From assembly GCA_965223295.1 (NCBI GenBank), contig CBDCWC010000003.1, forward strand, positions 1-64,000: a stretch of 64,000 nucleotides of DNA, written 5' to 3'. Under the pieces are notes generated by a model that saw only the letters and a program-made list of their open reading frames with translations, was not told the origin of the DNA and did not search any database. Every line of letters begins with the position of its first letter. Positions within the stretch are counted from its first letter, which is position 1. This document shows positions 61,643 through 64,000 of the stretch, one piece after another. A program made the position numbers and the translations under genes. The DNA comes from Nitrospirales bacterium (GTDB lineage Bacteria > Nitrospirota > Nitrospiria > Nitrospirales > UBA8639).

Positions 61643-62620
61643 ATGAACTCTGAAAAATTTCGATTAGTCACCCGCAGTGATTTTGACGGACTCGTGTGCG
61701 CAGTGCTCCTGAAGAAAGTTGGTATCATTGAGGACATCTTGTTTGTCCACCCCAAGGACATGCAAGACGGCATCATTGCAGTATCCGAGAATGATATTAC
61801 GACCAATCTTCCCTATGTTGAAGGCGTACATTTGGCCTTTGATCATCACACGAGCGAAACCATTCGCAATACGGGCGAGCGCAGCAATCACATCATCGAC
61901 CCAGACGCCCCGTCAGCCGCACGAGTGGTTTATCGGCACTATGGAGGGGAACAGACCTTCCCTGCTGAATGGAATGAAATGATGGCAGCCGTGGATAAAG
62001 CCGACTCTGCTCAATATGATATCGACGAAGTCCTCAACCCCAGCGGTTGGGCATTGATGAATTTCCTCATGGACGCACGGACAGGACTTGGCCGCTTTCG
62101 AGAATTTCGAATCTCTAATTACCAATTGATGATGGAACTCATTGAAAAATGTATCACTCTCACCATTGATGAAATCATTGCCCTGCCGGATGTTCAAGAA
62201 CGGGTGAAGCTCTTCCAAGAACATGCCGAATTGGCCAAAAAACAAATCCAGAAATGCTCGAAGGTGTATGAAAATGTCGTCGTCCTGGATCTGCGGAACG
62301 AAGAGACCATTTATGCCGCCAACCGGTTTATGATTTATGCGCTTCATCCGGAGTGCAATCTATCAATACATGTCATGTGGGGACTCAAAAAACAAAATAC
62401 GGTTTTTGCCATTGGAAAATCGATTGTCAACCGCAGCTCAGCCATGAATATTGGCGAACTTTGTCTGGCCTACGGCGGCGGAGGGCACCATAATGCCGGA
62501 ACCTGCCAGATCGGAAATGACGTGGCAAATAACACACTCAATGAAATCATTGAAAAGATTCACGCACAGAGCCTTACCCCAGTTGCAGCTGCTCCGACAT
62601 CCTGTGCCATAAGCAATTAG
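61643..62620 (+). CDS. DHH-family phosphoesterase (exopolyphosphatase-like)
   Basis: RLVTRSDFDG, FDHH, PSAAR, DKADSA, GGGGHHNAG. Confidence 0.88.
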   Translation: MNSEKFRLVTRSDFDGLVCAVLLKKVGIIEDILFVHPKDMQDGIIAVSENDITTNLPYVEGVHLAFDHHTSETIRNTGERSNHIIDPDAPSAARVVYRHYGGEQTFPAEWNEMMAAVDKADSAQYDIDEVLNPSGWALMNFLMDARTGLGRFREFRISNYQLMMELIEKCITLTIDEIIALPDVQERVKLFQEHAELAKKQIQKCSKVYENVVVLDLRNEETIYAANRFMIYALHPECNLSIHVMWGLKKQNTVFAIGKSIVNRSSAMNIGELCLAYGGGGHHNAGTCQIGNDVANNTLNEIIEKIHAQSLTPVAAAPTSCAISN

Positions 62621-62643
62621 CAGACCAAGCCGTTAATCTCACG

Positions 62644-62669
62644 GGAGGGCTTTTTTAAAAAGCCCTCCC
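62644..62669. terminator. Hairpin / putative terminator
   Basis: GGAGGGCTTTTT..AAAAAGCCCTCC inverted repeat after DHH gene. Confidence 0.65.
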
Positions 62670-62822
62670 ACCCTTCCTTAAAATACAAACGTTCAGCTAT
62701 GAAGTCCTTCTGATATTCGATGCGCCGAGTGACGATCCAACTAGGTCCTCGCAATTTTTCTTGAAATAGCAACACATAAAGGTCCCTGGCCTATCAAAGT
62801 ATCATTAACAACCCATTGCCAA

Positions 62823-62861
62823 TTGACATAAACCCATATCTAATGATACATCTATATGTAT
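62823..62861 (+). promoter_or_regulatory. vapBC promoter with operator palindrome
   Basis: TTGACA-18bp-TACATC; ATACAT-CTAT-ATGTAT palindrome overlapping -10 and ATG. Confidence 0.55.
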
Positions 62862-63105
62862 GAAGACAACTGTCGATATACCTCAATCGCTGTTAGACGA
62901 AGCAAAAAAACTCGCTACTGCTCACCGAACCACTGTAAAGGCTTTGATTGAAGAAGGGTTACGCCATGTCATCAGCGAGTATCAACATTCAAGAAAATTC
63001 CGTCTCCGTAAAGCAAGTTTTAAAGGGAGCGGTCTTCAGCCAGAGATAGAAGGAGCATCCTGGGAAACCCTGCGAGAACGTGCCTATGAAGGTCACGGAG
63101 GGTGA
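62860..63105 (+). CDS. vapB: VapB antitoxin
   Basis: MKTTVDIPQSLLDEAK..LIEEGLR RHH-type; overlaps toxin start. Confidence 0.88.
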   Translation: MKTTVDIPQSLLDEAKKLATAHRTTVKALIEEGLRHVISEYQHSRKFRLRKASFKGSGLQPEIEGASWETLRERAYEGHGG

Positions 63106-63536
63106 TTGCTGTTGATACCAACATCTTGATCTATGCCCACAGAGAAGATTCACCATGGCATGAGTCCGCCAGCCGGCAGCTCATTGGGCTCGCAGAAGGG
63201 GCAACACCATGGGCCATTCCCTGGCCTTGCCTGCACGAATTTCTTGCAATTGTGACACACCCACGAATCTTTCAGCCCCCCACACCCTTGCAGGCCGCCT
63301 GCGAGCAAGTGGATGCGTGGCTCGAATCACCACGAGCCTTACTCCTCACCGAAACACCGGGTTACTGGACAGTACTACGACAGACGGCAATTGAGGGAAA
63401 AATCCAAGGTCCCATTATCCATGATGCACGTATTGCCGCTCTGTGCCAGCATCACGGCATTCAAGAGTTATGGACAGCGGACCGCGACTTCAGCCGTTTT
63501 CCTGCCCTCACTCCTCGAAACCCTCTTTTACAATAA
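63102..63536 (+). CDS. vapC: VapC PIN-domain toxin
   Basis: VDTNIL, LHEF, HDARIAA, TADRDF. Confidence 0.92.
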   Translation: MIAVDTNILIYAHREDSPWHESASRQLIGLAEGATPWAIPWPCLHEFLAIVTHPRIFQPPTPLQAACEQVDAWLESPRALLLTETPGYWTVLRQTAIEGKIQGPIIHDARIAALCQHHGIQELWTADRDFSRFPALTPRNPLLQ

Positions 63537-63626
63537 ATACAAGCCAGCCGTTTGGCGTCTATGTCAAAAACCTACGGGGTCTGGCTAGTTTCCTTGATAT
63601 AAGGTTCCAGACACCTATTTTCGCTA

Positions 63627-64000
63627 TCAACCCAACAATATCTTCTTTTCTACAATATTCTGAATCATGGACAACGGGATTTTTCCTTTTCGGAGAATGC
63701 GGAGTTCTGGTTCGACTTGTAGCACAGTGGAAGGTTGAGCTCCTGGGGTCACGCCACCATCTAAAATTAGGTCAACTTCTGACCCGAGGTTTTGTTGTAC
63801 TTCTAAAGTTGATTGCGCAGGAGGTTGCTCTGAACGATTGGCACTGGTTCCCGTGACAGGGCCCGTTTGTCTTAAAAGTTCGCAGACCCGTGTATCATTG
63901 GGTTGACGCACGCCTATAGCTCCCATGTCACTCACTAAGCTGGCTGATAGATGTGGTTTGGCTTTAAGGACAAGCGTTAACAGTCCAGGCCAGAATTGGT
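63627..64000 (-). CDS. tsaC: L-threonylcarbamoyladenylate synthase (YrdC/Sua5), 3' part
   Basis: FWPGLLTLV, GVR.P, TGTSANRS, LDGG, STV, LRKG; truncated by window end. Confidence 0.88.
   Translation of the reverse strand, partial: QFWPGLLTLVLKAKPHLSASLVSDMGAIGVRQPNDTRVCELLRQTGPVTGTSANRSEQPPAQSTLEVQQNLGSEVDLILDGGVTPGAQPSTVLQVEPELRILRKGKIPLSMIQNIVEKKILLG

Overview
Bacterial chromosomal window; gene content and order suggest a Nitrospirota-like organism (inference). (1) 1-26.4 kb is a large phosphorus acquisition and polyphosphate cluster: porin, PsiE, a decayed ArsC, PiT+DUF47, Ppx, a receiver-less PhoB-type wHTH, IMPase, an extra RpoD-like sigma factor, GDPD, PhoX, two PhoD, a metallophosphoesterase, MgtE, CYTH-CHAD and Ppk1. 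Several promoters there, including the sigma factor's, share a Pho-box-like design (TGAAAC-N5-TGT(A/C)A(C/T)-N10-[-10]). This suggests a phosphate-starvation sigma cascade, the best candidate for an undescribed system. (2) 26.5-32.5 kb has a REP-bracketed spermidine-synthase-like gene and putA. (3) 32.5-37.4 kb is an accessory region downstream of tRNA-Gln(CTG): an orphan promoter-to-terminator unit, a proteobacterial-type motAB-methyltransferase cassette with sigma28-like and riboswitch-like leader, and a 1 kb att-flanked mini-island encoding a His-rich repeat protein. (4) 37.6-64 kb is mostly housekeeping (gltX, queA, asd, leuAB, pssA/psd, ilvBNC, bioF, split comM, ltaE, tsaC) plus a membrane pseudokinase and vapBC. 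Three copies of a ~190 bp MITE-like repeat occur. All calls come from reading the sequence; no searches were run.
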